DNA of 64,000 nucleotides from Lingula anatina (Eukaryota; Animalia; Brachiopoda), in NCBI GenBank assembly GCA_051362555.1, contig CM120643.1, positions 744,001 to 808,000 on the forward strand, given 5' to 3'. Of the stretch, positions 24,324 to 37,290 are shown piece after piece (position 1 is the first letter of the stretch; the number at the start of each line of letters is the position of its first letter). Under the pieces are notes generated by a model. The model saw only the letters and a list, made by a program, of their open reading frames with translations. It ran no database searches and was not told where the DNA came from. A program made the position numbers and the translations under genes.

Positions 24324-27300
24324 ATGGCGGACGATATGCCAACCAAGTACGAGTATGAGACCACGACCACTACGACCACCACCACGGAGTCCAGCAGTGG
24401 CATTGGACCCCAGATGCAATACCTCAAGTCCATTCCTGGTATTCTACAGATTGTAGAAATAGTAAGTTTGAAAATGAATCAATCTTGAAAAAATATAAAG
24501 GACAAAAAAAAAAAAAAAAAAAAGAAAGTAAAAATTAAGAAAGCATAAAATGCCACATTGAAATAAATGTGCACTTGCCCAGCCTTGATGAATATTCAGC
24601 TTAAATTGAATGGTCAGTTTGAAGTATTTTGCTGCAGATTGCTGTCAGAAAAGGTGTTAAGTGAGTACTCAGAGTTCAGAGTAAATTCCAGACTTAGTTG
24701 TACCCATATAACCATATACCAAAGTATAATGAAGTCACAACTCAGCTGCTTATTGAAAGTGCTATTTTTATGTACAGACACAGATGTGTCTGTACATATA
24801 GCCATCATCTGCGTCTGTCGTCGCCGTCGCCGTCGTTGCCGTGCACTTTTACCGATAACACGATAAGTGGAAAACCATTTTACCTTTTGACTTGAAACTT
24901 GCAGAACTGATGAATATTCATAATACGCAGGTCAAGTTCGAAAATCAGCATGATCGGGTCACTTTTAGGGAATTTATGCTGTTTTTTCACTTTTTTCAGC
25001 ATATGTGCAGCACCGATAACACGATAAGTGGAAAACCATTTTACCTTTTGACTTGAAACTTACAGAACTGATGAATATTCATAATACGCAGGTCGAGTTC
25101 GAAAATCAGCATGATTGGGCCATTTATAGGGAATTTGTGCTGTTTTTTCACTTTTTTCAGTATATATGCAGCACCGATAACACGATAAGTGGAAAACCAT
25201 TTTACCTTTTGACTTGAAACTTACAGAACTGATGAATATTCATAATACGCAGGTCGAGTTCGAAAATCAGCATGATTGGGCCATTTTTAGGGAATTTATG
25301 CTGTTTTTTCACTTTTTTCAATATAAATGCAACACTGATAACACAATATAAGAAAAACGGAATGGCCAATTGTCATTTTACTCACAGGAGTGGTCAATCT
25401 TACTAAAACACAGGTTGAGTTCGAAAATCAGCATTATCGGGCCATTATTTTAGAAGTTATACTGTTTTTTCACATTTCCTGAGGTTCATTTCTTAGGCAT
25501 GTTAACAGTCTCATTATTGAACTAATAAGATGCGTAAAAGTGTTTGTTTGATATTTCCTGCATCTTTACAACATTGTTAGTTGATTATGTAAAAAACATG
25601 GTAAACTTGTTATCATGTATTGTGTAATAAAGTGTCAAAAATGGAAATAAACTCATATCATTGCAGTTTGTCAGATTCAATCATCCACTATGTTCAGAAT
25701 CTCAGAATGGAGGAAATTGGACATTTAACACTGTTCTATTGATTCTTTTCCCATCTCATCAATTTTCTTAGTTGGTCATATAAAAATGGCAGTAAAATGT
25801 TAATTTTGTTTTATGTTAAAAAAGTGTTAAAAATGAAAATAAACCCATTTCAGAACAGTGCTGTCTTGTTTACAATTTGGCATTTTCAAGATGTGACTTT
25901 GAAGTTCCATGGGCCTGAAGACCTTTGCTAGTCACATTTTCTGAATATCCGTGATACTAATATTTTATAATTAAAAATTGATGGTCATTATGCTGTTAAA
26001 CATTATGTAATATTGCATCAAAATTTGAAGAAACCCCTATTTAGGGCACTGCTCCCATGATGACCATTTTAGGAAAATCATGTCCATACTGTTCTCAAAC
26101 TTACAGGAAAGAAACATGGGACTAAAATATAGCTTCAGTAGGCAATGCAGTCTGTTTTGTAATTTTTCTGGCAGTTAAACAGTTTTAAATTTTCACATGT
26201 TGGCATTTTCAAGGTGTGACTTTGAAGTTCCATGATCCTGAAGACCTTTGCTTGTCACGTTTTCTGAATGTCCATGTTACTAATATTTTATTAATAACAT
26301 TTGATGGTTATTATGCTGTTAAACATTATGTAACTTTGCATCAAAATTTGAAGAAACCCCTATTTAGGGCACTGCTCCTATGATGACCATTTAAGGGAAA
26401 TCATGTCACTTGCTGTTCTCAAACTTAAAGGAAAGAAATGTGGGTCTAACATACAGCTTCAGTAGGCAATGCAGTCTGTTTGGTAAATTTTTCTGGCAAT
26501 TTAACAGTTTTTTGTGAAAATTTAATTTTTCACTTATTGGCAATTTCAAGGTGCAACTTAGAACCTCCATGGGCTTGAAGACCCATACTAGTCTCAATTT
26601 CTGAAAATCCATGACACATATATTTTATTATTAAAAATTGATGGTCATTATGCTGTTAAGCATTATGTAATATTCCATCAAAATAGAAGAAAACACAATT
26701 TTTGGTGCTGCTGCCATGATGACCATTATCAGAAAACCGTGTTACTTATGATTGTCAAACTTTCAAAAAAGAAACACATGACTAAAATGTAGCCCGAGTT
26801 GGAAAAGCAGTCTAATTGGCTTCTTTTTCTGGAATTTATACATTTTAGTGAAATATATATCTTTTTGGCATATTCATTGTGGGACTTGGAGCTCCCATGG
26901 ACATGAAGCCGTATGGTAATCAAATTTTCTACATGTCCATGCTATTTATAGTCAATAATCAAAAATTGGTGATAATTATTCTATAATTTATTATGTAATG
27001 TTACATCAAAATTGACAATAATCTTTTTGCACTGCTACTGCAAACATTATGAAAAGAAAACTATGTTAATTATTATTTTTAACTTACAAGTACGATTTTT
27101 AGGATTGGCATGTATTTCAAATTAGAAAGCCAGGTCAATTGGGTTATCATTTATTATTGAATTTTATGCAATTTTGTGTGAAATTTTCATTTTTCTCATT
27201 CTGGCACTTTCTAAGCATAAACTTGAACTCTGATGGGCCTGAAGCCTTATGCTTTTACTTTCGTCGGTGTTACCTGTTGTGCAAAATTAAAATTTAATGT

Positions 27301-30300
27301 TGACTGTGCAGTTAAACATAATGTATTATTGCATCAGAATTGGTAGTCTCCTATTTTGTGACTTATGGGCCTGAAAGACCTTTGAGAGGGTTAGTCTGTA
27401 AATTTCCCTTGGGTATCACTTAGCTAATTTCAGTGTTATAAAGTAATTTGCCTAATTGATAGGCCATTAAATGAGATTACATAAAGCACACTTGTTGATA
27501 TTTCCCTGTAAACTCCCAAAGGTAAAGCTCTCTGCTAGATTAATAATAAGGAAGCAGTGATAATTATGCAGGTAAATTTTGTTTTATATTGCAAATAAGT
27601 TTTTGATAGGACCAATTTTGCTGAAATTTTCAGGAACTGTCAGAAGTGGGCCAAAGAGGACAATAATCAATAATAATCAACAATTGCTGCCTTGTTAATT
27701 TTTTTCTCAAACACTGGCATTTGTGACTTATAACTTCCATCCACCTGAGGCTCTGCTCATTTTCTGTATTTCCACATAAGCAGTTGTGTTGTTTTTTATG
27801 TCTTTAAACATTATGTTATATTGTTTTATGCACTGTTGTCATTTTTCAAATATTGAGACTTTCATCATGTGACTTTGGTCTCTCATGGTCCTGAAACTGT
27901 AATCTTATTGAAGGGGTGGATTGAGACCATCTTCTGGGTCTTCCGGAAGACAGTCAGGTTAGTAAGTTTATATTGACTGGTATCTATTTATTTTCTGTTG
28001 GAAGACCATCAAAATGGAGGATGGATCAACATAGATACTTTGGAATACTGTCAGAAAATATCTCTGGATCTGCTCCTGTTATTGACCATGTTACCTGTTG
28101 TGCATGATTAAAAATCACTGTTGACAGACTGTGCTATTATAAGCATTATTTATTATTGCATCAAAATTGACAAATTGACCTATTTTGCATCTTTTTTTTT
28201 CCGGTTTTTTGTCTGTACATTTGACAGCTTTGCTGCCTTGGGGCCGTATTCTCGAAAGGTTGTAACTTACAAATTCTTGTAACTTTTCACGTAAGTCCGA
28301 TCGTTCACGTAAGTTGGTATTCTCGAAGGTTTGTAAGTTACAAACTCTTGTAAATATGCACGTAAATTTACAACTGCTTCCGAGCTGTTGTAAGTCGCTA
28401 CAAAAAGTTGTACGCATGCGCACTTGGTGAAAAGTCGGGAAGAAAGTGTTGTCTGCGGGAATTTTATGCTCGTGTTTATTGTCGGATATTTTTGACAGCA
28501 AGTAAAATTATTTAACCTTGGATGTTTTATTATCAGCGAGAAAGGTTAGTCTTTCGGATATTTCAGGTTAGTTGCCTAAAGTTAACGATTTAGATGAGAA
28601 AAATACGTTTCTATCGATCGCGCGATGGCAACATGGCAGTTTGGCAGGGTGTCCGAATTTTTAAACTAAAATGAAAACTGATACTTTTTAAAAAATGTGA
28701 GAGAATTACTAGTGTTGTGAGAAAGCCAAGTTAATGAGCTTTTTGGCGATATAAAACACTTTAGTTGTTAGTCAAGATTAATCAATCGAACGACGGTTGA
28801 ATTTCAGTTTCTGAAGCTTCCGACTTTTTTAGGATGCAGATACATGTTTAGTCAGTGAATAAATCAAAATTATACCAAAACACCAAGTTTAATAGATGTG
28901 GTTTTGTTCGGAAGAAAATTGGCTTTCGACTGATGTATAATGTTTGCTGTAATTATATTGTTTACAAATATCCTGTGGTAATTTGTCGTGGAGGTGTATC
29001 TGAAAATCGCCATTTTTATTGTCGATTCTTTGACTTGGATTCTTATGCCTATATTCCATACATGTGGCAGAGAAAATATATGTCTTCTATATAACTAAAA
29101 AGTCCGTTTCAAATGCTTTAAAATGATATGCTGTACAACATGTATCAAAAAGTATCGAGAGCCTGCCAAATGATTTGAAACAAGTGGAAAAAAAGTTGCA
29201 AATGTTGACCCCCTTTCGGCGACGTGGTGACCTCGATCAGCTGATGACTGCATTTAAAAATATGCATAAGTTTCATTAACTTTATCTTGAAGGTTTTTTA
29301 AAAATAATAATGGATTGGGAGCATTCAGTGATGATTATGTCTTATCATCTACTTTCGAATGATTTTAGATATTTAAACAGTATTTTAACTAATTTAAAAG
29401 GCTCGGTTTATCCATTTAAATAAAGGATATCCAGTTCAAATAATGAGGTAATCATCACTGATGGAAAAAACAAATGACTTAAACTGTTTTAAATACCAAA
29501 AAAAGACCTACTAGTAATGTGTGAGTTAGTAAAAGATTGTAAATATTGGCATTTTGGATAGTATTCCACTTATGGCTTTCCTTACATAACATTGTACTTA
29601 TTACAAAGTTACAGAGTAAGTTCTAATTTAGAGTAAACTGACACTTGCTTAGGTTGCATTTGATCATAACAATTATAGCTGTTTTCTTGCTACTGTTTCA
29701 TTTTGAAATTGATTCATACTGCAAAATATAATTCCTGCATAGTCCCATCTACTTGCTGCAGTGTTAAGATAAGGGAAAATAAAACCAGTATTTACCATAA
29801 TTTTAATTAAAATAAAAAAAAACCTTCTTGCCAAAGAAATAAGTATATTTCATTATTTAAGTTCCTCATAGAAAACAAATGTTTAGTCTTGTTACAATAA
29901 TAATGAATATAAAATGATTATTTATTTCATCATAAATAATAACAGTAATAATAACTGAAAGTTTAAATGCATATCATTTTTTTCTGTATTTTCTCCTTTA
30001 TGATGCACTCAAACATACATTCATCCACAAACAAGATTTTGTCTCTTTCCATCATATACTGCTCATAAGGAATTATTTTGGGTTTTGTTTTGGATAAAGA
30101 AGTATTTTGTATTTCTTATCACAATTGTTATGGCTGAAACTAAAATTGCATGCACTGTACAGTGAATTTCCTTCTATTTTCAGGAAGCTGGTTTGTTTAA
30201 TTTGAGTAAACAAATAGAAACATCTTATAATTCACAATGAAATATATTTTAACCGTGGCTTGTACTTTTTAGTCACAAAACAGATTTTCTTTTCTTTTTT

Positions 30301-31047
30301 TTTCTTAAGTCGGTTTTAGGGATAATCATTGCCTTTCACTTTTTAATTTAAATTTTTGTGAGTTATCATGGATGTTTGTGTAACTTTCTATGATTTAAGT
30401 GTGCAATGTCAAGGTTCATACATGAACACTAATAACAAATTCAAGGATTTAATAAGAATTTTGAGACTAATTCAATTGCTTTTCAATGACTCTTTTAATG
30501 CAAATGAGGGCAATGTAAAGTCACTCATAAGTTTCTATAACAAAGAAAAGAGGAAGTAATATATCATTTAAATTAAATTTTATACACACTGGTGATGAAA
30601 CATTAAAAAAATAGAAATTAAATAATGTCCAAAAAGGAATATCTCCCCTTCCTGTGAATAACTACCTTCATGCATCCAGGTTTAAAACTAAATTCAAGCA
30701 CATTTCAAGGTTCAAAATGATTGAATACACCTAAAATGAAATAATTTTGGATGTACCCAGCAACAGATTCATATTTCATGAATGTTTACTGTGTCACCCA
30801 CACGTTTTATGCACACACACTACATATGAATCTTTGTCAAGGTTTTGTAAGTCTCAGCTGCAGTGAAATAAAACAAGAACACAGGCACTTGTAAAGAATT
30901 TACATCTCATATGAGAACTGTTGGTGAAAAAATCCAGAAGGAAAGAATATTTTTTTTTAGTTTTCAGTGAGTGTAAATAAGTAGATATGATATGAAACAA
31001 AAAATACCTGAAATTATTGAAAATGTGACTGAGTAATCAGTGACCAA

Positions 31048-31103
<56 letters not shown>

Positions 31104-33711
31104 TTTTATTTATTTATTTACAAAATCCTTTATTTTCATTTTTTTACTGCTTATGCTAGCCAACCTGTAGGTACATGTTCATTTGTACCAGTACAATGTG
31201 CATTTCATACTGACATGAAAAAAAAATACTCACTCTTTATGGTAACAACAAAGATGTACTGGAAAAATATTTTCACTTTTATACCAACACCCATTAATTA
31301 ATCACAATTATAAGTTTTATTAAAAAATAACATGTCCATATTAAATTGAATGTCATTTTTGAAATATTGGGCCAACTTATTTGTGTTAATTAATTTGTGT
31401 TATTATTTGTGGCTTACCATGAAAATAACATTTACTAACTCTTCATCATAAAAAAATCACAGCAAACGTGAATAGAAAAACAAATATACTCACTCATATT
31501 TAATAACAAAGTTTATATATTAAAATAAAAATTACACTTTTATATCTAACTGAATGGCATATATAGAGAGGAATTGTGTGAACTTATTTGTATGGCTTTG
31601 GTATCCTAAGACAGCATGAAATCCAAGCAAGTATCAAATTTGAACAATGTGGTGAGTGTTTATTATAAGCTACTTACTGTAGGATATATTCACACACGTT
31701 TTCATTGTAAATTTAATGAAATAAAGCGCTTTTTGCTAGCGGCAAACTTAGGGAATCCCAGCTGGGGGAATCCCACAAGAGGAGCCAAGTCCGATTTCTG
31801 AGCTCGCATGTCGGAGGAAGCACATTCAAAATGAGTGGATTTTCCGACGAAAACTTGTAAGAAAATATTGGAAAACATCTTTCTGAATAATTTTTAATAT
31901 ATTTCAAGATAGTTTTATGTATAGATAAGCGTTTTATCGCTGCAAAGCACGGCAGTAAAATACGTCGATGCGGGTTATTCATGGACCAAACGTCACTTCC
32001 GGAAAGTTACGTGAAAAGTTACAAGAGTTTGTGAGTTTTGAGAATACCGTGTAAGTCTAAGATACAAATTCACGTAAATAGTTACAAATTGTTGTAAGTT
32101 ACAAAGTTTTGAGAATACGGCCCCAGTTTACTAGTTGTTACACCTGGCTTTATGAAAATTTACCTCTGCACATACCTTGTAATGGAATTTAAAATATTTA
32201 TCTACTGTTGGCTTCATATGTAATAAATTTAACTTGTTGTGCAAACGACACAAATTCATATTGGTTAGGTATATGTGTTTTTATAGCTTTCATGCTTTTA
32301 CTTGCTGTATATTTCTATGAAATACACTGCCCGTGCAGGCCATATGAAGAATATTTTTGTTATTTTGTTTTATGTATTTTTCTATTACACTGTATGTATA
32401 TGATATATTATTGATAATTTCAGGTGTTGAGCTTGATCGTGTTCATCTGTGCCTCGATTCCCTTGGGTTGGGTCGGATACGGAGGAGGCTGGGTGCAGTT
32501 CGTCTCCATGACCGCATTTCTTACCACAGCCGCCATCTTTGTCATCATCTTCCTGAACATATTGCCGCGGCTGCCTGGACCTTGGACTTTGATTGTAAGG
32601 ATGGGTTTAGGTTCAGTGTTCACTATTTCAAGTGGAGCTTAATCTCTGGTCTTATAAAAACAAAGTCCGGTGTGTAATGTCTGTAATTCAAACATGTGAA
32701 ACTGAATGATTTTTAAACAAATTACTTTACTTTGTATCAATTTCTGAATCCCTTACCAGATACACTGAAAATATATGTACCTCCCAATATTATTATCATT
32801 TGGAAAAAGAGAAATTAGAAGAAATATTTGCTTTAATAACCCACAAATGGTTATATTAAAGCCTTTTATATTGTAAGTGAGGACATACTTGATAATACTT
32901 ACAATGAATGTGTTCATTTTTTTTCCTAATATGTGACTCTTTAACTTATTCTTCATCTTTATATGTCCAAAATGTCTTCAAGGTAATTTTATTTAGCATC
33001 AACTCAAGGTGGCACTGTCTCTCATGTTTTATGTTTATTTCAGCTGTTCATCTATTACGCGGTGTTTGTGGTCCTGTATTTAATTGCCGCCATTGTGTGT
33101 GCAGTCAGAGCCCCCTATTGGTCAGCAGTTGGAGCCGCTGCTGTAAGTAGATCGCCTGTTTTACTTCTCATTTAACCTTTAATGAGTCCAGTTTGGTTTG
33201 AAAATTATAGTTTTTATCTACACATAAACAACCCCTTTTTATTCCCTTTCTGTCTTAATGTCTTATTCAGAACTCCTTACACATTTAAATGTAATATATA
33301 TATATATATATTTACAATTAAAATAAAGAAACAAACAAATAAACACGAGACATGTGTGAACCTCAACTCCGACTTTTAAGGTGAGTGTTTATTCAAAAAT
33401 ATATATAACTTAATAAACAAATAAAACCCAACGAACCCGAAAAGTGGTGAAGGATCTAGGACAGTGGAAATTTAAGTTTTGTAAATAATCTACTGTACAC
33501 AATTACAATAATTTAAATTCAAAATAAATAAAAGAAGTGCATTTTTTTTCCTTTGTAGTTCTTTGCATTTGTGGTAATGATAGTCTATGGAGTGGATGCT
33601 TTTTTCCGTTTCCGTACCTGGAGAGAGGGCGGTCCTCAACCCCAGCATACCAGCACCCACCAGGAAACCCACACCACGGAAACAGTTACCACGGAAACCG
33701 TGGGATATTAA
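24324..33711 (+). CDS. MARVEL-domain tetraspan protein (plasmolipin/CMTM-like), 186 aa; exons 24324-24461, 32424-32594, 33044-33142 and 33559-33711
   Basis: MADDMPTK..T9..YLKSIPGILQIVEI | VLSLIVFIC..GWVQFVS..PGPWTLI | LFIYYAVFVVLYLIAA..GAAA | FFAF...YGVDAFFRFR..; all introns GT-AG, phase 0; four hydrophobic segments. Confidence 0.92.
24851..25480 (+). repeat. 161-bp tandem repeat, three near-identical units plus one diverged
   Basis: accgataacacgataagtgg at 24851, 25012 and 25173. Confidence 0.93.
25870..27360 (+). repeat. Diverged ~325-335 bp tandem array
   Basis: ggca(t)tttcaag..gtgactt..ccatggg..tgaag recurs at ~25879, 26203, 26539, 26867 and 27202. Confidence 0.8.
27925..28079 (+). mobile_element. 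Short MITE family B
   Basis: tcttctgggtcttccggaagac...atc(t/c)gc(t/c)cctg is shared with 56686-56852 and, in reverse, 52163-52322. Confidence 0.8.
28241..32123. mobile_element. Non-autonomous PIF/Harbinger-like element, ~3.9 kb, nested in the Helentron 3' end
   Basis: TIR gggccgtattctc/gagaatacggccc with repeated subterminal ttgtaacttac motifs at both ends; AT-rich interior with no convincing ORF; 3-bp flanks imperfect (ttg/cag). Confidence 0.85.
31049..31100. repeat. (TTA)n microsatellite
   Basis: Seen directly. Confidence 0.95.
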
Positions 33712-34094
33712 AGGGACCAACTCTCCAAGGTGCACCATCAGAGTGGAACAAGTGCACGTCAAGCATTAATGAGATAATACCTGCTGCTTTGTCCTTGGAG
33801 ATTTGCTTTGTAAATGTTATATATACCTGTTAGCTGCTTAGATGTAGGTAATGGATTCTGTCACTTTATATTGTATGTGAGCATCAGAACTGTGGTGGAA
33901 ATGTTGTAGGGTATAACTGTTAATATGAACCGTGTACCATTGTGTATTTATTGTGTCCTTGGATAAACCAGAACTGGTTCAAGTATGAATGACATCACAA
34001 GGTGACCAAGTTAACTGAAGGGGATTCAGCAGCCTCTGCTGCGGGATAGTTCCTCTTTGACTGTCATTCCTTCACATGCTGGCTTTTATTATTA

Positions 34095-34125
<31 letters not shown>

Positions 34126-35970
34126 TTTTTTCTTTTTTAGACAGCTTAATAAGCCACTGCTGGATATTAAGGTGTATTTCCAGCCGTAAATAGTAGTACT
34201 AAGTTAGGCATGCCCATCTCCACTGGGAACAGTCCACAATACCCCTCAGGTAATTATGAATTTATTTGGCTATCTGATGATGTCATTTGGACCCCAACCA
34301 GTCCTGGTCATATGGTAATGACTCCTTTCAGTGGGGAAAATCGTGATTCTATAGATGTTGTAAATTTTTAAGTCATAAATTTGTGAAACTATAACATTCC
34401 TGTCGAGTGGTAGCAACAAACCTGAAAAGCAGGCTACCTTGTATTTCTTTGTACACAGTAAAATCACCATAAATGTTATGCAGAAATATATATATTTTTA
34501 TTGATTCCAAAATTGCTTTTGAAAGATTGATAATTTTTCCCCATTGAAAAAATGGATCATTACTGTACTCTGTGTCTGAACACACTGCGTGATGTAACTA
34601 GATGTATAAGTTGTAACCTGTTATTGAGCACAGAGAGAGGCTTTTGTTAACTGGGATGTATTATAGTATTATTATGATAACTAATCTAGATATTAAAGAT
34701 AACAATGTTCAGCCAAGGATTTAATGTCAGTGGTGTCAGCTATGTGGGGTATTAAAATACACAAATTTGTGGAGATACAAACTGTAAGTTTTGTCCGTGA
34801 AATTGAGAGAACAGCAGATCGCTTGCTGGCTGTCTTGGTCTGATTTTATTTCTAGCTTAGGTGTATGTTTTTAGTGGCACAAGACAACTTGAGGATGGTG
34901 TATTGTTATATAGTGAAGGGTTGAGCATAATGAATGTATTGATTTGCATTTAGACTTAGATTTTATGTGTAAACATTTCCTGTGTATTTGAATTTTGTTG
35001 GTGCACACAAGATGGAAACAATTTGATTATGAACCAGTAATGTTATAATGATTTTTAAGACACAGCAAAATAATTTTTCAATGAAAGATAAATTCAGGTT
35101 CTTTGGCCTCTTTATTGATGGATGCTTTAACATTCTGCTGCTCTGGGAATGCCTTGATCCTTTACCTTCTTTGAAGACTAGTGAATTAATTAGAAATAAT
35201 TTAGTTTTCTCACAGCACCATGCTTTGATATAGGTGGCCTTATCATAGGGAATATTGGAATCGGATTCTTATGTTAATTAGTAATTATTGTTTCTCGTAT
35301 CTGGGTATTTTTATATTCATGTTATCTTGTCATTTATATATTTTCAGTTGTTTTTGTATATTCAGGGAAATTAAGTGTGAATTTATGACTGGAGAATTAA
35401 CCACCAAATAGACGAAATGGGTTGGTTGCTACAGCAACCTTACTACCAAATGGCTGAATTTCTGCACAGAATTGTAAACACAAAAATATGTCTCTGTCGT
35501 TAAGGCATTCTGGGAAGAGTGTTTTGACCCAGGATGAATTGGGGCAGCTCTATCACACGTTTATGTGAATCAATGTGTTAACATATTGGTCATTACTGCA
35601 TTGGAAGGGTTATTATTTCGATTTCACAAAAGATATGTAATTTTCACATTTTAACTCCAACATTGCTGCATTCAAAAAATTGTCCTCACACGAGGCATGG
35701 GAAGACTGCCAGGGTGAAGAGTCCCACAGTACACAGATAAGAATTTGTTTTCAGCACAAAATGACTGCCACAGAAGGGTTAAAAGCCTTGGGTTGGTTGC
35801 TATGCCAACCTACTAATTGACTGATTTATCAAATAGTTGAGCAAATAATAAATATGTTAGCAATGTGATGTCTAATAATTGTAGAGGGAGAGGAATTATT
35901 TATATAGAATACTGAATGTATATTATATGTAGGATGTAAAAAAAAGTAAGAAAGTAAAAACAGAAACTAG

Positions 35971-35997
35971 AAATAAATTGTTATTCATATCAATAAA
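35971..35997 (+). terminator. Probable polyadenylation signals of the first MARVEL gene
   Basis: Two AATAAA followed by a GT-rich tract at ~36000-36030, after ~2.3 kb of UTR-like sequence with no recognised TE. Confidence 0.5.
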
Positions 35998-36162
35998 TTT
36001 GTGAAGTGTTTGTTTCTGTTCGTTGTGATATTTTGCAGACGATCAAGTGAGCTCTAAGTTGATTTTAAGAAGCACAAGTCAACACGATCCAATGAACGAA
36101 CAAATGTCACTCGGCTTTAACATAGGCCTTCAGTATATTAAATAGTTACGAAATACAAAATT

Positions 36163-36565
36163 TTGCTGTTAGTTATTATGTAATATTGCATAAAAATTTA
36201 CAAAAAAAAAAAAAAAACTACTTTGCGTACTGCCACCACAAACGTTATGAAAAAAAAAAACATGTTACTTGTTACTTTGTAATTTACAAGATTGATCCTT
36301 AATACTGACGTACAGCTTAAAATTGGAAAACAAGCTTGATTGAATAAATATATTTTTTTTACTTCATGCAAATTTTTGAGAAAATTTTCATTTTTCTTAT
36401 TCTGGCATTTTCAAAGTGTGAACTTGAACTCTCATGGGCCTGAAGCCTTATGCTACATACACAGTTTACTTACATCCGCATTACTTTTTGTGCATAATTA
36501 AAATTTGATGTTAACTTTGCATCTTGTTTTGTTGCATCTCAATTTACAGTATACCTATTTGTGCA
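36163..36565 (+). mobile_element. Fragment of the same Helentron family
   Basis: Colinear with ~26978-27350. Confidence 0.75.
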
Positions 36566-36599
36566 TCATTATCCCCATCTCCGAGGGGTTTATCACTAC

Positions 36600-37134
36600 G
36601 GCGAAATCCACATGATTCCATTGTTATGCCTGAAACCGCTATTAGATCCTAGTCCACTGCAGAATTAATTGGCGGTGCTGCTCTATCGACCGAGGCTTCC
36701 TCGGAGGTCGTCTTGTTATAGCTTAGTAGGAGTTTTGTTTCATTATCTGAAATTTTCATAATGAAACATATCAGTACGGTAAGCTACATGCACGTTTTTT
36801 TTCTTTTCAATTCGGTTAAAATACAAGCCCTTAGCCAGTTCATCTATATACTTTTCATCTGTTCAATTCTATTTTAATAATGGGTTTACTTATTTTATCA
36901 TAACATTTTTACAATATGGTAGACTGGTGTAGTATTTTATGGTCGTTTTTGGATTCATATAATTAACAGATCAAAAATGACAGCTGACCGTGAGCAGAGA
37001 TGATGCCCGTATAGATTGTAGATAACATATACTCTTGTTGTTATTTTCATAAATGATTAGTACTTTATTTGTATATATTATTATAATCCAGAATTAATTA
37101 CATTATTATCGCCATTTCTGTGGTGCTGAAGATT

Positions 37135-37175
<41 letters not shown>

Positions 37176-37290
37176 CTACCTATAGCAGCAGAGAAGATCA
37201 TTTCTTTTCCCCTCCAGATGGCGCTATAGAACGGTTTGGTTTGTCAAACTTGGCAAAAACTGCTCAGATTGCAGCATGCAGTAGACCATA
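36600..37290 (+). repeat. ~700 bp interspersed repeat X containing (AC)n, inverted relative to 48680-49370
   Basis: ggcgaaatcc..ccgctattagatcctagtccactgcagaa..cagattgcagcatgcagtagaccata matches the reverse complement of 48680-49370. Confidence 0.88.

Larger units (their letters stand above)
24769..32136 (+). mobile_element. Helentron-associated non-autonomous element (HINE-like) in intron 1
   Basis: 5' 14-bp hairpin tatgtacagacaca/tgtgtctgtacata after a T-run, (gtc/gcc)n microsatellite, tandem arrays, 3' subTIR tgtctgtacat at 28210, hairpin cagc-ttt-gctg, and end ctagtt after the nested insertion. Confidence 0.72.

Noticed and set aside
24851-25480. CRISPR-like array (also considered for 41775-42430)
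   Set aside because: Units are contiguous with no unique spacers, no cas genes are present, and the context is eukaryotic
32357-33833. Overlapping ORFs at 32357, 32420, 32908, 33490, 33537 and 33587
   Set aside because: Wrong-frame or antisense readings of the MARVEL exons
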